In this document: positions 10,737 through 19,917 of the stretch, in pieces
How positions within the stretch are numbered: the first letter of the stretch is position 1
Layout of the letters: the number at the start of each line of letters is the position of its first letter
Assembly: GCA_031370645.1 (NCBI GenBank)
Contig: JANMQV010000151.1
Span: 1-64,000, forward strand
Source of the DNA: Candidatus Eiseniibacteriota bacterium
Lineage (GTDB): Bacteria > Eisenbacteria > RBG-16-71-46 > SZUA-252
DNA length: 64,000 nucleotides
Reading direction: 5' to 3'
Position numbers and translations under genes: made by a program
The notes under the pieces: model-generated
What the model saw: the letters and a program-made list of their open reading frames with translations, nothing else
Told to the model about the DNA's origin: nothing
Database searches by the model: none

Positions 10737-11777
10737 ATGACGGCGAACGTCCCCGATCCCGCTTCGACGCACGCGCGCCTCGATGCGCTCCGGCACTCGG
10801 CCCTCACGCCGCTCGTGAGCGTGCTCCTCTCGACGCGGAACGGATCGCGTTACCTCGAAGAGGCGCTCGGGAGCCTGGCGGCGCAGACGTATCCGGAACT
10901 CGAGATCGTGGCGGTCGACGACGGATCAAACGACTCCACGCCCGACATCCTCGCTCGGTTCGTCGCGCGCCATCCCCGCACTCGCCTCCTCCGGACGGAG
11001 GGTGTCGGGCTCGCGGCCGCGCTCCACCGCGCGGCGGGCGAAGCAACCGGCGCCTACTTGGCGAGGCAGGACGACGACGACCGTTCCCACCCCGAGCGAA
11101 TCGCGCGACAGATCCGATTCTTTCAAGCGCACCCCGAGGTCGGCGTGCTCGGAACGGCGGCGACGCGGATCGATGAAGGCGGGAAGGCAATCGGCCCCTA
11201 CCCGGTGCCGAGCACGCGCGCCGAAATCGCCGCCGCGCTTCGGCGTGGGACGCCGTTCGTTCATGGTTCGGTCATGATGCGCCGCGAAGTCTACGACGCC
11301 TCGGGAGGGTACCGCGCGGCGTTTCAGGCGGCCCAGGATGTCGATCTCTGGCTTCGAATCCCCAAGGGGATCGGATTCGTCAACCTCCCCGAGCCGCTCT
11401 ATGAATGGCGAGAGCACCCGGGCGGAGTGTTCGCGAGAGCGCGCAACCGGCAGCTCTTCTTCGCCGCGGTCGCCCGCGTGTTCGCGGAGGAGCGCCGCGC
11501 GAGCGGCGCCGATTCGATCGCGCTCCTGGCATCCGCGGAATCTCCGGAGGATTTCTTCGCGCGCTACCCGCGCGCCGACCGCGCGCTCCTTCGCCTCGGC
11601 GAACTCCAGGTGCGCGAAGGACGCACCACCGAAGCGCGCGAACTCTTGCGGCGCGCCATGCGCTCGCCCCGCTCACTGGCCCCATCGCTCCTTTGGTGGG
11701 CGCTCTCGGTTCCCGTCGCCTGGTCGCCTCGGGGAAGACGCGCGGCGGCCGCTTCGAAGGGCGAGCGAGCCCGATGA
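10737..11777 (+). CDS. Glycosyltransferase family 2
   Basis: PLVSVLL…VDDGSND…ARQDDDD…QDVDLWLR. Confidence 0.88.
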   Translation: MTANVPDPASTHARLDALRHSALTPLVSVLLSTRNGSRYLEEALGSLAAQTYPELEIVAVDDGSNDSTPDILARFVARHPRTRLLRTEGVGLAAALHRAAGEATGAYLARQDDDDRSHPERIARQIRFFQAHPEVGVLGTAATRIDEGGKAIGPYPVPSTRAEIAAALRRGTPFVHGSVMMRREVYDASGGYRAAFQAAQDVDLWLRIPKGIGFVNLPEPLYEWREHPGGVFARARNRQLFFAAVARVFAEERRASGADSIALLASAESPEDFFARYPRADRALLRLGELQVREGRTTEARELLRRAMRSPRSLAPSLLWWALSVPVAWSPRGRRAAAASKGERAR

Positions 11778-12829
11778 ATGTCCTTCTCGTCGCGGGGGTC
11801 GACCTCTCGCTCCCGGGCGGGCTCGAGACGCACGTCCTCGAACTCGCTCACGGGCTCGGAGCGCGCGGCCATCACGTCGACATCCTCGCCCGCGCGAGTC
11901 GGGAGCTCCCCGGCCCGGCGCTTCGGCTCGTCGATCGCTTCGGCGATGGGGCCTACGACATCGTCCACCATCACGGCGGCCTGTGGGTGTCCGCATGGAA
12001 CGCGGCGATCGACACGACAGCGGCCACGGGCCGCGCGCGCTATCTCCGCACCTTCCATTTCTCGGTCGCGGCGAAGATGGGCGTCTACCTCCGCATGGGG
12101 CGGATCCGCACGCTCTTCAATCCGGGGAATCATCGCGCACTCCGCGACGAGCGGACTTCGCTCGGGCGCGGGCCGCTCCACATCGCCGTCTCCCGCGCGC
12201 TCCGCGATGAATTGGTGCGCTACCACGGCGCGCCGAGGGAACTCTTCGAGTCGATTCCGAACGGCGCCTCCTTCGCGCAGCCCCGTCTCGGCCGCGCGGC
12301 TTGGCGGGAGCGAAAGGGAATTCCACCGGAGGCGCCGCTCCTCCTCACGATCGGCCGCGACGACTACGTGAAGGGGTTCGACCTCCTCGCGCGGGCGTGG
12401 TCGGCGCCGAACGCTCACCCGCCCGGCGCTATCTGGGTCTCGGTGGGTGGTGCCAAGCCAGGGCGTTCGGGCGATCGGATCTCGACCGGACCGATCGCCC
12501 CCTCCGAAGTAACCGAATGGATCCACGCCGCCGACCTCGGCGCGTTTCCTTCGTACTACGAAGGGGGAGGGATCGCCCTCGCCGACATGCTCGCGGGCGG
12601 CCTTTACGTGCTGACTCATGCGGTCGGCGTGGCCCCGGAGGCCGTCCGCCCCGGCGAGAACGGGGAATTCGTGCCGCGGAGGCCCGATGCGTGGAGCGCG
12701 GCCCTCGCCCGCACGTTGGCAGCGCCTCCGCGCCCGACCGGGCCGGGACTCCCGCCCGAATGGAGCTGGGAATCGATGGTGGAACGGGTGGAGCGCGTCT
12801 ACCGGAGGCTCCGCCCCGATTCCGCGTAA
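11774..12829 (+). CDS. Glycosyltransferase family 4
   Basis: ATGA overlap at 11774; GGLETHV, IPNG, KGFDLL, FPSYYEGGGI motifs. Confidence 0.82.
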   Translation: MNVLLVAGVDLSLPGGLETHVLELAHGLGARGHHVDILARASRELPGPALRLVDRFGDGAYDIVHHHGGLWVSAWNAAIDTTAATGRARYLRTFHFSVAAKMGVYLRMGRIRTLFNPGNHRALRDERTSLGRGPLHIAVSRALRDELVRYHGAPRELFESIPNGASFAQPRLGRAAWRERKGIPPEAPLLLTIGRDDYVKGFDLLARAWSAPNAHPPGAIWVSVGGAKPGRSGDRISTGPIAPSEVTEWIHAADLGAFPSYYEGGGIALADMLAGGLYVLTHAVGVAPEAVRPGENGEFVPRRPDAWSAALARTLAAPPRPTGPGLPPEWSWESMVERVERVYRRLRPDSA

Positions 12830-12869
12830 CCGCGCCCGCCGAGCCGGTTTCTGCTAGACTCAGAACGCG

Positions 12870-14108
12870 ATGCGCATCCTATTTCTGACCTCTCGGATGC
12901 CGTCCCCGCCTGTGGGGGGCGACCGATTCCGCGTTTATCATTTGCTCCGCACGGCGGCCGAAGCGGGCCACCGCATCGACCTCGTCACGTTCGATGACGG
13001 CCGGAGCGACGTCTCCGCGTTGGAGCCGCTTCGCCGCTTCACCTCGAGCTATGAAATCGTGCACCAGCCGAAGCTCGTCTCGTGGTGGCGCGCCGCGCGC
13101 GCGCTTCCGACGCGCCTCCCTCTTCAGGCTGCCTACTACCGTTCCGAAGCGATGAGCCGCCACGTGGCCCGGGCGTTCGACCGAAATCCTCCCGACGTGG
13201 TCTACACGCACCTCTTTCGCATGGCGCCCTACGCGCTCGCCGAGCGGGAACGCCGTGACGCGCGCTGGATCCTCGACCTGACCGATGTCATTTCGGCGGG
13301 GATCGAGCGCTCGCTTCCCTACCGGAGCGGACCGCAGCAGTGGCTCTACCGGGAAGAGGGAAGGCGGATCGCTCGCTATGAGGCGCTGGTGGCACCGCGC
13401 TTCGACGACTGCTGGGTGATCAGCGAAGCCGAGGCACGCGCGCTCGGCGCCATCGCGCCGCGTGCGTCGATCCGCGTCGTCCCGAACGGATTCGAGCCGG
13501 AGCGAAACATCGTTCCACCAGCGCGCGATTCGGCCTCGCTCCTCTTCTTCGGAAATCACGACGTGCTCCACAATCGCGACGCGGCGCGGTTCCTCGCCAT
13601 GGACATTCTCCCACGCGTGCGCGCCTCCGTTCCCGGCGCCACGCTCGATATCGCCGGAAAGGGGGCCGAGGGGCTCGGCGGCTGGGTGCGCCGTCCCGGC
13701 GTCCGCGTCCTCGGATTCGTTCCCGATCTCGACCGTGAATTGCGGCGCGCCGCTCTGTTTGTGGCGCCGCACCGCTTCGCAGCCGGCGTTCAGAACAAAG
13801 TGCTCCAGGCTCTATCCGCCGGCACTCCGGTCGTGACGACACCGGTCGTCCACCAAGGTCTCGCTCCAGCGCCCGACGACGTTCTCTGCGTCGCCGAGGG
13901 CGCCGCCGCGATCGCCGATCGGGTGGTGGCGCTCCTCCGCGATCCGGTCGAGGCGGCGCGCCTCGGAGAGCGAGGGCGCGTCTGGGCATGCTCGCGTTTC
14001 AACTGGCGCGAGTCGCTTGCGGCGTTCGAGGAGGGGAGTTCCGCCGCGGCTTCGGAAGAGGGAGGGCCTGTCGCGGCGCCCGTTGCGGTCGCCGGCTCGC
14101 TCGCTTGA
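12870..14108 (+). CDS. Glycosyltransferase family 4
   Basis: MRILFLTSRMPSPPVGGDRFR; AGVQNKVLQALSAGTPVVTT. Confidence 0.88.
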   Translation: MRILFLTSRMPSPPVGGDRFRVYHLLRTAAEAGHRIDLVTFDDGRSDVSALEPLRRFTSSYEIVHQPKLVSWWRAARALPTRLPLQAAYYRSEAMSRHVARAFDRNPPDVVYTHLFRMAPYALAERERRDARWILDLTDVISAGIERSLPYRSGPQQWLYREEGRRIARYEALVAPRFDDCWVISEAEARALGAIAPRASIRVVPNGFEPERNIVPPARDSASLLFFGNHDVLHNRDAARFLAMDILPRVRASVPGATLDIAGKGAEGLGGWVRRPGVRVLGFVPDLDRELRRAALFVAPHRFAAGVQNKVLQALSAGTPVVTTPVVHQGLAPAPDDVLCVAEGAAAIADRVVALLRDPVEAARLGERGRVWACSRFNWRESLAAFEEGSSAAASEEGGPVAAPVAVAGSLA

Positions 14109-15115
14109 CCGGAGCGCCGCCGTTCCTCCTCGTCGCGCCCCTCTCCTTCGGCGCGGCGCTCCTCTTCACTCCGCTCGTCCGCGCCCTCGCGCGGCGGACC
14201 GGCTATCTCGATCATCCAGACGAGCGAAAACCCCACCTCGAGCCGACGCCGCTCCTCGGCGGCTTGGCCGTCTTCGGCGCGCTCGTGGTCGGTCCGCTCC
14301 TCGCGCGGCTCCTCGTGGGAGCGCCGATCGGGATGCCGGCGCCGGGCGTCCTCCTGGGCGGCGCGCTCTCGCTCCTCCTCGGCCTCGTGGACGATCGCCG
14401 GCCGATGCGCCCTCTCGGCAAACTGATCGGACAGCTCGCCGTCGCGATTTCGCTCGTCGTGTGGGGCGGCGCGCCGCACATCGTGGCGGAACAGCCGCTC
14501 CTCGCGCTGGCCGCCATCGTCGCCGTCGTGTCGCTTTTGAACGCGGTCAATTTCCTCGACGCCATGGACGGCATCGTGAGCGCACTCACTCCGGTGACGG
14601 GACTCGGATTCGTGGCCTTGGCGCTCGTGCACGGGGCCGCCGTCGATCTGGCGCTCGCCTGGGGCGCTGTGGGAGCGGCCGCGGGATTTCTCGTCTACAA
14701 CGCGCCTCCGGCGCGCATCTTCCTCGGTGACGCGGGGAGCCACGTGCTCGGCTTCGTCCTTGCCACGCTCTCCCTCCAAGCGCTCGATTCCAGCATCTCG
14801 TGGCCCCACGTCGCGGCCCTCCTCGTGCTGCTCGCCTACCCCCTGTTCGACGTGATCTTCGTCATCGTCACCCGCCTTTTGGCGAGGCGTCCCATCCATG
14901 TGGGAGGGGTGGACCACACCACGCATCGACTTGGAAGGATTTGTGGACGGTGGGGGACCGTCGCGGCGATTACCGCCGCGGGGGTGCTCAGCGCGGGGCT
15001 CGGAACGTGGCTTTGGGGGGTGAAAAGCGACCTCATCGCATTCCTCGCAGTCTCAATTTTTGGGCTTGGATACGCGGTTTTTGGGGTCTGGCTGGGACGA
15101 ACAAGTCCCACCTAG
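14105..15115 (+). CDS. WecA/TagO (MraY-like) undecaprenyl-phosphate sugar-1-phosphate transferase
   Basis: TTG at 14105 overlaps upstream TGA; DHPDERKPH..PTPLLGG, GLVDD, NAVNFLDAMDG, IFLGDAGS, DHTTHRL. Confidence 0.85.
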   Translation: MTGAPPFLLVAPLSFGAALLFTPLVRALARRTGYLDHPDERKPHLEPTPLLGGLAVFGALVVGPLLARLLVGAPIGMPAPGVLLGGALSLLLGLVDDRRPMRPLGKLIGQLAVAISLVVWGGAPHIVAEQPLLALAAIVAVVSLLNAVNFLDAMDGIVSALTPVTGLGFVALALVHGAAVDLALAWGAVGAAAGFLVYNAPPARIFLGDAGSHVLGFVLATLSLQALDSSISWPHVAALLVLLAYPLFDVIFVIVTRLLARRPIHVGGVDHTTHRLGRICGRWGTVAAITAAGVLSAGLGTWLWGVKSDLIAFLAVSIFGLGYAVFGVWLGRTSPT

Positions 15116-15126
15116 CGGTTCGACAC

Positions 15127-15155
15127 TTGACAAACAAGTTTTACAGATGTACCTT
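15127..15155 (+). promoter_or_regulatory. sigma70-type promoter TTGACA-N17-TACCTT
   Basis: Perfect -35 at 15127-15132, -10 at 15150-15155 in an AT-rich gap before the GAF activator. Confidence 0.7.
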
Positions 15156-15166
15156 TCATTTTCGTA

Positions 15167-16897
15167 ATGGCCACACGGCACTACCTGCCGGGCGAGAACG
15201 AGCGAGGCAAGGACGCGATGTCGCCACTTCCCGACCCCCTTCGAGAACCTGAAGCCTCTGGCGGCCGTATCGAGCAGGATCCGCTCGATCGGTTGAACGA
15301 CGGGCTGACGCAATGGGAGCGCGAGCTCCTGGCGGAGCCGTCCACCCAGTCGCGGCCCCGCGCGCCCCATCTCGGACGCTACAAAGACCTTCTCGATGCC
15401 AGCCGCTCCGTTACCGGCACGCTCGACCCGAACGAACTCCTCCTCCGCGTGGTGGACGCCGTCATTCGCATCGCCGGCGCCGACCGCGGCTTCCTCATGC
15501 TCATGCACGAGGAAGGAAAGCTCCAATTCGAGATCGCCCGTAGCAAGGACGAGACGACGCTCCCGCCGAGCGAATTCCAAATCTCCTTCGGCATCGCCGA
15601 GGAAGCCGCGCATCGCCGCGAGACCGTCTGGGTTCCCGACGCCGTCGGCTCCTCGCTCTTCCAGGACCGGAAGAGCGTCCGCGCGCTTTCGCTCCGCACG
15701 GTCGTCGCCATTCCGATTCTGAATTCGGGGCGCGTTCTCGGCGTCCTCTACATCGACTCCCATTCCATCACGCACGAATTCTCGACCGAGGACATCGCGC
15801 TTCTCGAAGGGTTCGCCGCTCAGGTGGCGATCGCGCTCGAGAACGCCCGCGTCCACGAGTCGCTCCGCGACACGAAGAACCGCCTCGAGATCGAAAATCT
15901 GAATCTGCGCCGAGCGCTGAAGGAAGACGTCCGGTACGGATTGCTCGTCGGGCGGAGCCCCGCCATGGGGCAGGTCGTGGATTTGATTGAAAAGGTGATT
16001 CCGACGCAAGTCACCGTGCTGATCCACGGCGAGACCGGAACCGGTAAGGAAGTCGTGGCGCGCGCCATTCACCTGAACGGTCCGCGGAAGGACGAGAACT
16101 TCATCGCCGTGAATTGCGGCGCCGTACCCGAGGCGCTTCTCGAAAGCGAGCTCTTCGGGTACAAGAAGGGAGCCTTCACCGGCGCCAACGAAGACCGCGT
16201 CGGACTCTTCGAGGCGGCCGACAAGGGGACGCTCTTCCTCGACGAGGTCGGGGAGATGCCGGCGAGCCTTCAGGTGAAGCTTCTCCGCGTGCTCCAGGAC
16301 TCTCACATTCGGCGCGTGGGCGACACCGTCTCGCGGAAGGTCGACATCCGGCTCATCGCCGCGACGAATCGCGATCTCCGCGCCGAGGTCGACGCCGGTC
16401 GCTTCCGTCAGGACCTCTTCTACCGCATGAACGTCGTGCCGGTCACGCTGCCGCCGCTTCGCGATCGCGGCGACGACATTCTCCTCTTCGCGCAGCATTT
16501 CCTGGAGGCGTCGGCCAAGCGCCAGCGGAAGTCGATCGTCAGTTTTACGCCCGAGGCGCGCGAGCTTTTGCTCCGGCACCCGTGGCCGGGAAACGTTCGC
16601 GAGTTGGAGAACGCCATGGAACGCGCGGTCGCCCTCTCCGACGACGGCGTGGCCCTCGAGCCGCATCTCTTCGGACTCGGCGCATCCGTTGCGCGCCGCT
16701 GGGACGGGCAGCACTCGCTCCGCGAGACGATGGAGGCCGTCGAAGCCGAAACGATTCGCGAGGCGCTTCGCCAGAGCGAATCGAACGTCTCTCGCGCGGC
16801 GCGCGCCCTCGGCGTGAGCCGCCAGCATCTTCACAACCGGATGAATTTCCACGGCATCCGGCGTTCGCGAATTTTGAACGAGTCCGGGGGTAAGTGA
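15167..16897 (+). CDS. sigma54-dependent enhancer-binding protein (GAF + AAA+ + Fis-HTH); alternative start 15218
   Basis: GAF region, [37 protein letters not shown]-terminal HTH. Confidence 0.92.
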   Translation: MATRHYLPGENERGKDAMSPLPDPLREPEASGGRIEQDPLDRLNDGLTQWERELLAEPSTQSRPRAPHLGRYKDLLDASRSVTGTLDPNELLLRVVDAVIRIAGADRGFLMLMHEEGKLQFEIARSKDETTLPPSEFQISFGIAEEAAHRRETVWVPDAVGSSLFQDRKSVRALSLRTVVAIPILNSGRVLGVLYIDSHSITHEFSTEDIALLEGFAAQVAIALENARVHESLRDTKNRLEIENLNLRRALKEDVRYGLLVGRSPAMGQVVDLIEKVIPTQVTVLIHGETGTGKEVVARAIHLNGPRKDENFIAVNCGAVPEALLESELFGYKKGAFTGANEDRVGLFEAADKGTLFLDEVGEMPASLQVKLLRVLQDSHIRRVGDTVSRKVDIRLIAATNRDLRAEVDAGRFRQDLFYRMNVVPVTLPPLRDRGDDILLFAQHFLEASAKRQRKSIVSFTPEARELLLRHPWPGNVRELENAMERAVALSDDGVALEPHLFGLGASVARRWDGQHSLRETMEAVEAETIREALRQSESNVSRAARALGVSRQHLHNRMNFHGIRRSRILNESGGK

Positions 16898-17892
16898 CCG
16901 ACCTCGCCTCGCTCCGCCTCGCGTCGCTCCGGGCCATCCTGATGCAAAGCGACGCGGAACTCCGCGCGCATCTTCCCGAGTATTTCCTCACCTACTACAA
17001 GCATCTCAACATCCTCCGAAATCCCGCCCGCATCGAGCACGTCTTCCAGAAGGGCCGGGAGATGTTCGAGTACCTGGAGGCGGACGGAAAGGAGATCCTC
17101 GACCTCGGCGCCGGGTTCGGCATCGAGGCACTCCTCGTCGCGATTTACGGAGCGAAGAAGGTGATCGCGACCGAGATCGATCACGACATGGTGGCGGTCG
17201 GCACCTACCTCGCCGGCGCGATCACGCCCAAGGTCGAGCACTTCGAGTCGCGCTACGGCGACGGCATCGCCATGGAATTTCCCGCCGCCTCCTTCGACGG
17301 CGTCATGGCGAACTGCGTCATCTCGCACGTGCGCGACCTGGAGGGATTCCTGAGCGAGGCGCACCGGCTCCTCCGGCCGGGCGGAATCTTTTTTCTCAGC
17401 GACGAGAACAATTCGCTCTACCTCCCGGCTCGGTCGCGGCGCCGGAGGGGGTGGAACGACATGGAGCGGGAGCCGGGCGGTCCTTATTTCGCGGCCCGCT
17501 TGGCCATGGTGAAGGAACGCTTTCCCGAGCTGAAGGGCGCCGCGCTCTTCACCGCCGTGCGGGCGACCCGCGGCCTCTGGGGCGATACGGTGGCGGAGGG
17601 AGTGCGCGAACTCCAGGCGAAGGGGCGGCTCTCGGCTCCTCCGGAGTTCCTCTATCGCGACCCGCGGGACGGGCAGTATCCAGAACGGGAGTTGAATCCC
17701 TTTTGGATGATGGAACGATTCCGGGCCGCGAAGTTGGAGCCAGAACTCCTCCCGGCCTTTTTCTCCCGGGGAATCGAAGTCCATCTTCGCCAGGTGGTGA
17801 AGGACGTGCTCCGCTTCTTCTGCAGCCGCTGGCCTGTGCTCTCCGTCTATGTTTGGCCCATTATGAGGCTTCGGGGCCGAAAAGCCCGTTGA
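16894..17892 (+). CDS. Class I SAM-dependent methyltransferase
   Basis: ILDLGAGFG motif I, FPAASFD, HRLLRPGG; GTGA-coupled to the activator. Confidence 0.85.
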   Translation: MTDLASLRLASLRAILMQSDAELRAHLPEYFLTYYKHLNILRNPARIEHVFQKGREMFEYLEADGKEILDLGAGFGIEALLVAIYGAKKVIATEIDHDMVAVGTYLAGAITPKVEHFESRYGDGIAMEFPAASFDGVMANCVISHVRDLEGFLSEAHRLLRPGGIFFLSDENNSLYLPARSRRRRGWNDMEREPGGPYFAARLAMVKERFPELKGAALFTAVRATRGLWGDTVAEGVRELQAKGRLSAPPEFLYRDPRDGQYPERELNPFWMMERFRAAKLEPELLPAFFSRGIEVHLRQVVKDVLRFFCSRWPVLSVYVWPIMRLRGRKAR

Positions 17893-17917
17893 CACCCTCG
17901 TAGCACCCGCCTAGGCT
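17889..17917 (+). promoter_or_regulatory. sigma70-type promoter TTGACA-N17-TAGGCT for the four-gene membrane operon
   Basis: -35 contains the upstream TGA stop; -10 ends 8 nt before GTG 17926; no SD. Confidence 0.65.
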
Positions 17918-17925
17918 CCGCTTCC

Positions 17926-19119
17926 GTGCGACTGACCGCGTCGAGCCTAGCCGTCCTGACGCTTCTGGTGCTCGCGAGGCCCGCCGGGGCTGTCGCGCCC
18001 GTCACAACACCACCTCCACCTCCCGAACTTCCTGCCCCCACCGACTTCGCCGCCGTTGACCGGCCCGGAGACGGCGGCGGCGCGATCCTCCTTACCTGGA
18101 AGGACCCCGAAGCGCTCCCTGCGGGAACCGTGCTCGAAGTCCGGCGCGCGGAGCCGCCCGCCGATGAGTTCACGGCACTGAAGACCGTGGCCCCCGGGGC
18201 GCAGCGCTACGTCGATACCTCGGCGAAGGACGGGATGACCTACCGCTACGAACTCCGCGTTCGGGGCGAAGAGACGCCCGATTCGCTCGGCATTGCGGGC
18301 GCCGTCGGCCCCGCGCTCGTGAGCGAACCGATCTCGCCGCATGACAATTGGTTCCGCAACGAGCGGATGAACTCGCTCATCGCCTCGATCCTCTTCATCA
18401 CCTTCATCCTGGCCTCGATCGCCTACGCTCGCTCCGGAAAGCCGATCTTCATTCGCCGCATCGCCGGCTTGAATGCCATCGATGAAGCGATCGGCCGCGC
18501 CACCGAGCTCGGGAAGAAGGTGCTCTACATTCCCGGCATCCAGAGCATGGACGAGATCCAGACGATCGCGAGCATCGCGATCCTGGGGCACGTGGCGCGC
18601 GCCACGGCCCGATACGGCACCGACCTCGACGTTCCCAATAAGGACCCGCTCACCTTCGTCTCGGCGCGCGAGGCGGTCCAGTCGGCCTATTTGTCCGAAG
18701 GTCGGCCCGACCTCTTCCGCGACGACATGGTCCATTACGTCACCTACGATCAGTTCGCCTTTACGGCCGCCGTCTCCGCGCAGATGACGCGCGAGAAACC
18801 GGCGGCGATCTTCCTGGTCGGGTACTTCTTCGCGGAATCGCTCATCCTAGCCGAGACCGGGCAGTCGACCGGCGCCATCCAGATCGCCGGGCAGGCGGAT
18901 CCGACGCAGCTCCCGTTCTTCGTCGCCACCTGCGACTACACGCTCATCGGCGAGGAGCTCTACGCCGCGAGCGCTTATCTTTCGCGGGAGCCGGTGCTCC
19001 TCGGCTCCATGCGCGGGCAGGATATCGCCAAGGCGGTGCTCCTCGCGGTGGGGATCCTCGGGATCATCGCGGTCAGCTTCGGCGCCACCTGGGTCCTCGA
19101 TCTGGTGAAGACCCAATGA
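17926..19119 (+). CDS. Uncharacterised membrane protein: signal peptide, Pro-rich linker, FN3-like domain, TM, DUF6754-like domain, C-terminal TM
   Basis: FN3 pattern (ILLTW…YVDTS…TYRYELR); IRRIAGLNAIDEAIGRATE…FFAESLILAE…QLPFFVATCDYTLIGEELYAASAYL recalled as DUF6754. Confidence 0.75.
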   Translation: MRLTASSLAVLTLLVLARPAGAVAPVTTPPPPPELPAPTDFAAVDRPGDGGGAILLTWKDPEALPAGTVLEVRRAEPPADEFTALKTVAPGAQRYVDTSAKDGMTYRYELRVRGEETPDSLGIAGAVGPALVSEPISPHDNWFRNERMNSLIASILFITFILASIAYARSGKPIFIRRIAGLNAIDEAIGRATELGKKVLYIPGIQSMDEIQTIASIAILGHVARATARYGTDLDVPNKDPLTFVSAREAVQSAYLSEGRPDLFRDDMVHYVTYDQFAFTAAVSAQMTREKPAAIFLVGYFFAESLILAETGQSTGAIQIAGQADPTQLPFFVATCDYTLIGEELYAASAYLSREPVLLGSMRGQDIAKAVLLAVGILGIIAVSFGATWVLDLVKTQ

Positions 19120-19916
19120 ACCTCGAATTCGGCCGCGTGACGCTCGTCGTTCTCTTCGCGATCATCCCCATCGTGGGGATCGTGCTCGGGATGCGCGCGC
19201 CGGCGCTTCGAAGCAAGATTCCGCTCCTCGTCGCGTTCTTCGCCGGCCTCATCCCGATCTTCTCGATGTACATCCCGAAGAAATTCCTCTCCGGCGAAAG
19301 CGGCATGAGCCCTCGTCTCGATCAGTGGCTCATCATCGTGGCCGGCTTCGCGCTCCTGCTCGGAATCACAAACGTCATCTCGAACGGCGCTCGAAAAATT
19401 TCCCGCCGGGACCGCGGCTGGCCCTACGCCATCGTGCTCTTGACGGGACTCTTCGTCATGGGTGGGTTCGGGATCTACGCGGCCGTCTCGGGGCAGGGGA
19501 TGGGGTTCCTCCCGAATGGAACGCCGACACCGTTTCGCTGGGTGGAGAGCACGGTGTTCCAGCCGCTTCAGTCGACCATCTTCGCGCTCCTCGCCTTCTT
19601 CATGGCGAGCGCCGCGTTTCGCGCCTTCCGCGCTCGGAACACCGAGGCGACGATTCTCCTCATCGCAGGCGCCATCGTGATGACGGGCCGCGTGCCGCTT
19701 CTCGAGTTACTGGCCGCACCGTTCCCGCCGCTTCAGCCCGCGGCGGCCGCCGCGAGCCAGTTCATGGGGAAGGCGACGGAGTGGATCATGGACACGCCGA
19801 ACGGGGCCGCCCAGTCGGGAATCATCATCGGCGCCGCACTCGGCGCCGGCTCCATGGCGATCCGCGTGATTCTCGGCATCGAACGCGGCTACCTCGGCCT
19901 CGGGAAGGGGGAGTAG
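19116..19916 (+). CDS. Uncharacterised polytopic membrane protein (operon subunit B)
   Basis: ATGA overlap; about 6-8 hydrophobic segments; STIFALLAFFMASAAFRAFRAR and GIIIGAALG..AIRVILGIER. Confidence 0.8.
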   Translation: MNLEFGRVTLVVLFAIIPIVGIVLGMRAPALRSKIPLLVAFFAGLIPIFSMYIPKKFLSGESGMSPRLDQWLIIVAGFALLLGITNVISNGARKISRRDRGWPYAIVLLTGLFVMGGFGIYAAVSGQGMGFLPNGTPTPFRWVESTVFQPLQSTIFALLAFFMASAAFRAFRARNTEATILLIAGAIVMTGRVPLLELLAAPFPPLQPAAAAASQFMGKATEWIMDTPNGAAQSGIIIGAALGAGSMAIRVILGIERGYLGLGKGE

Positions 19917-19917
19917 C

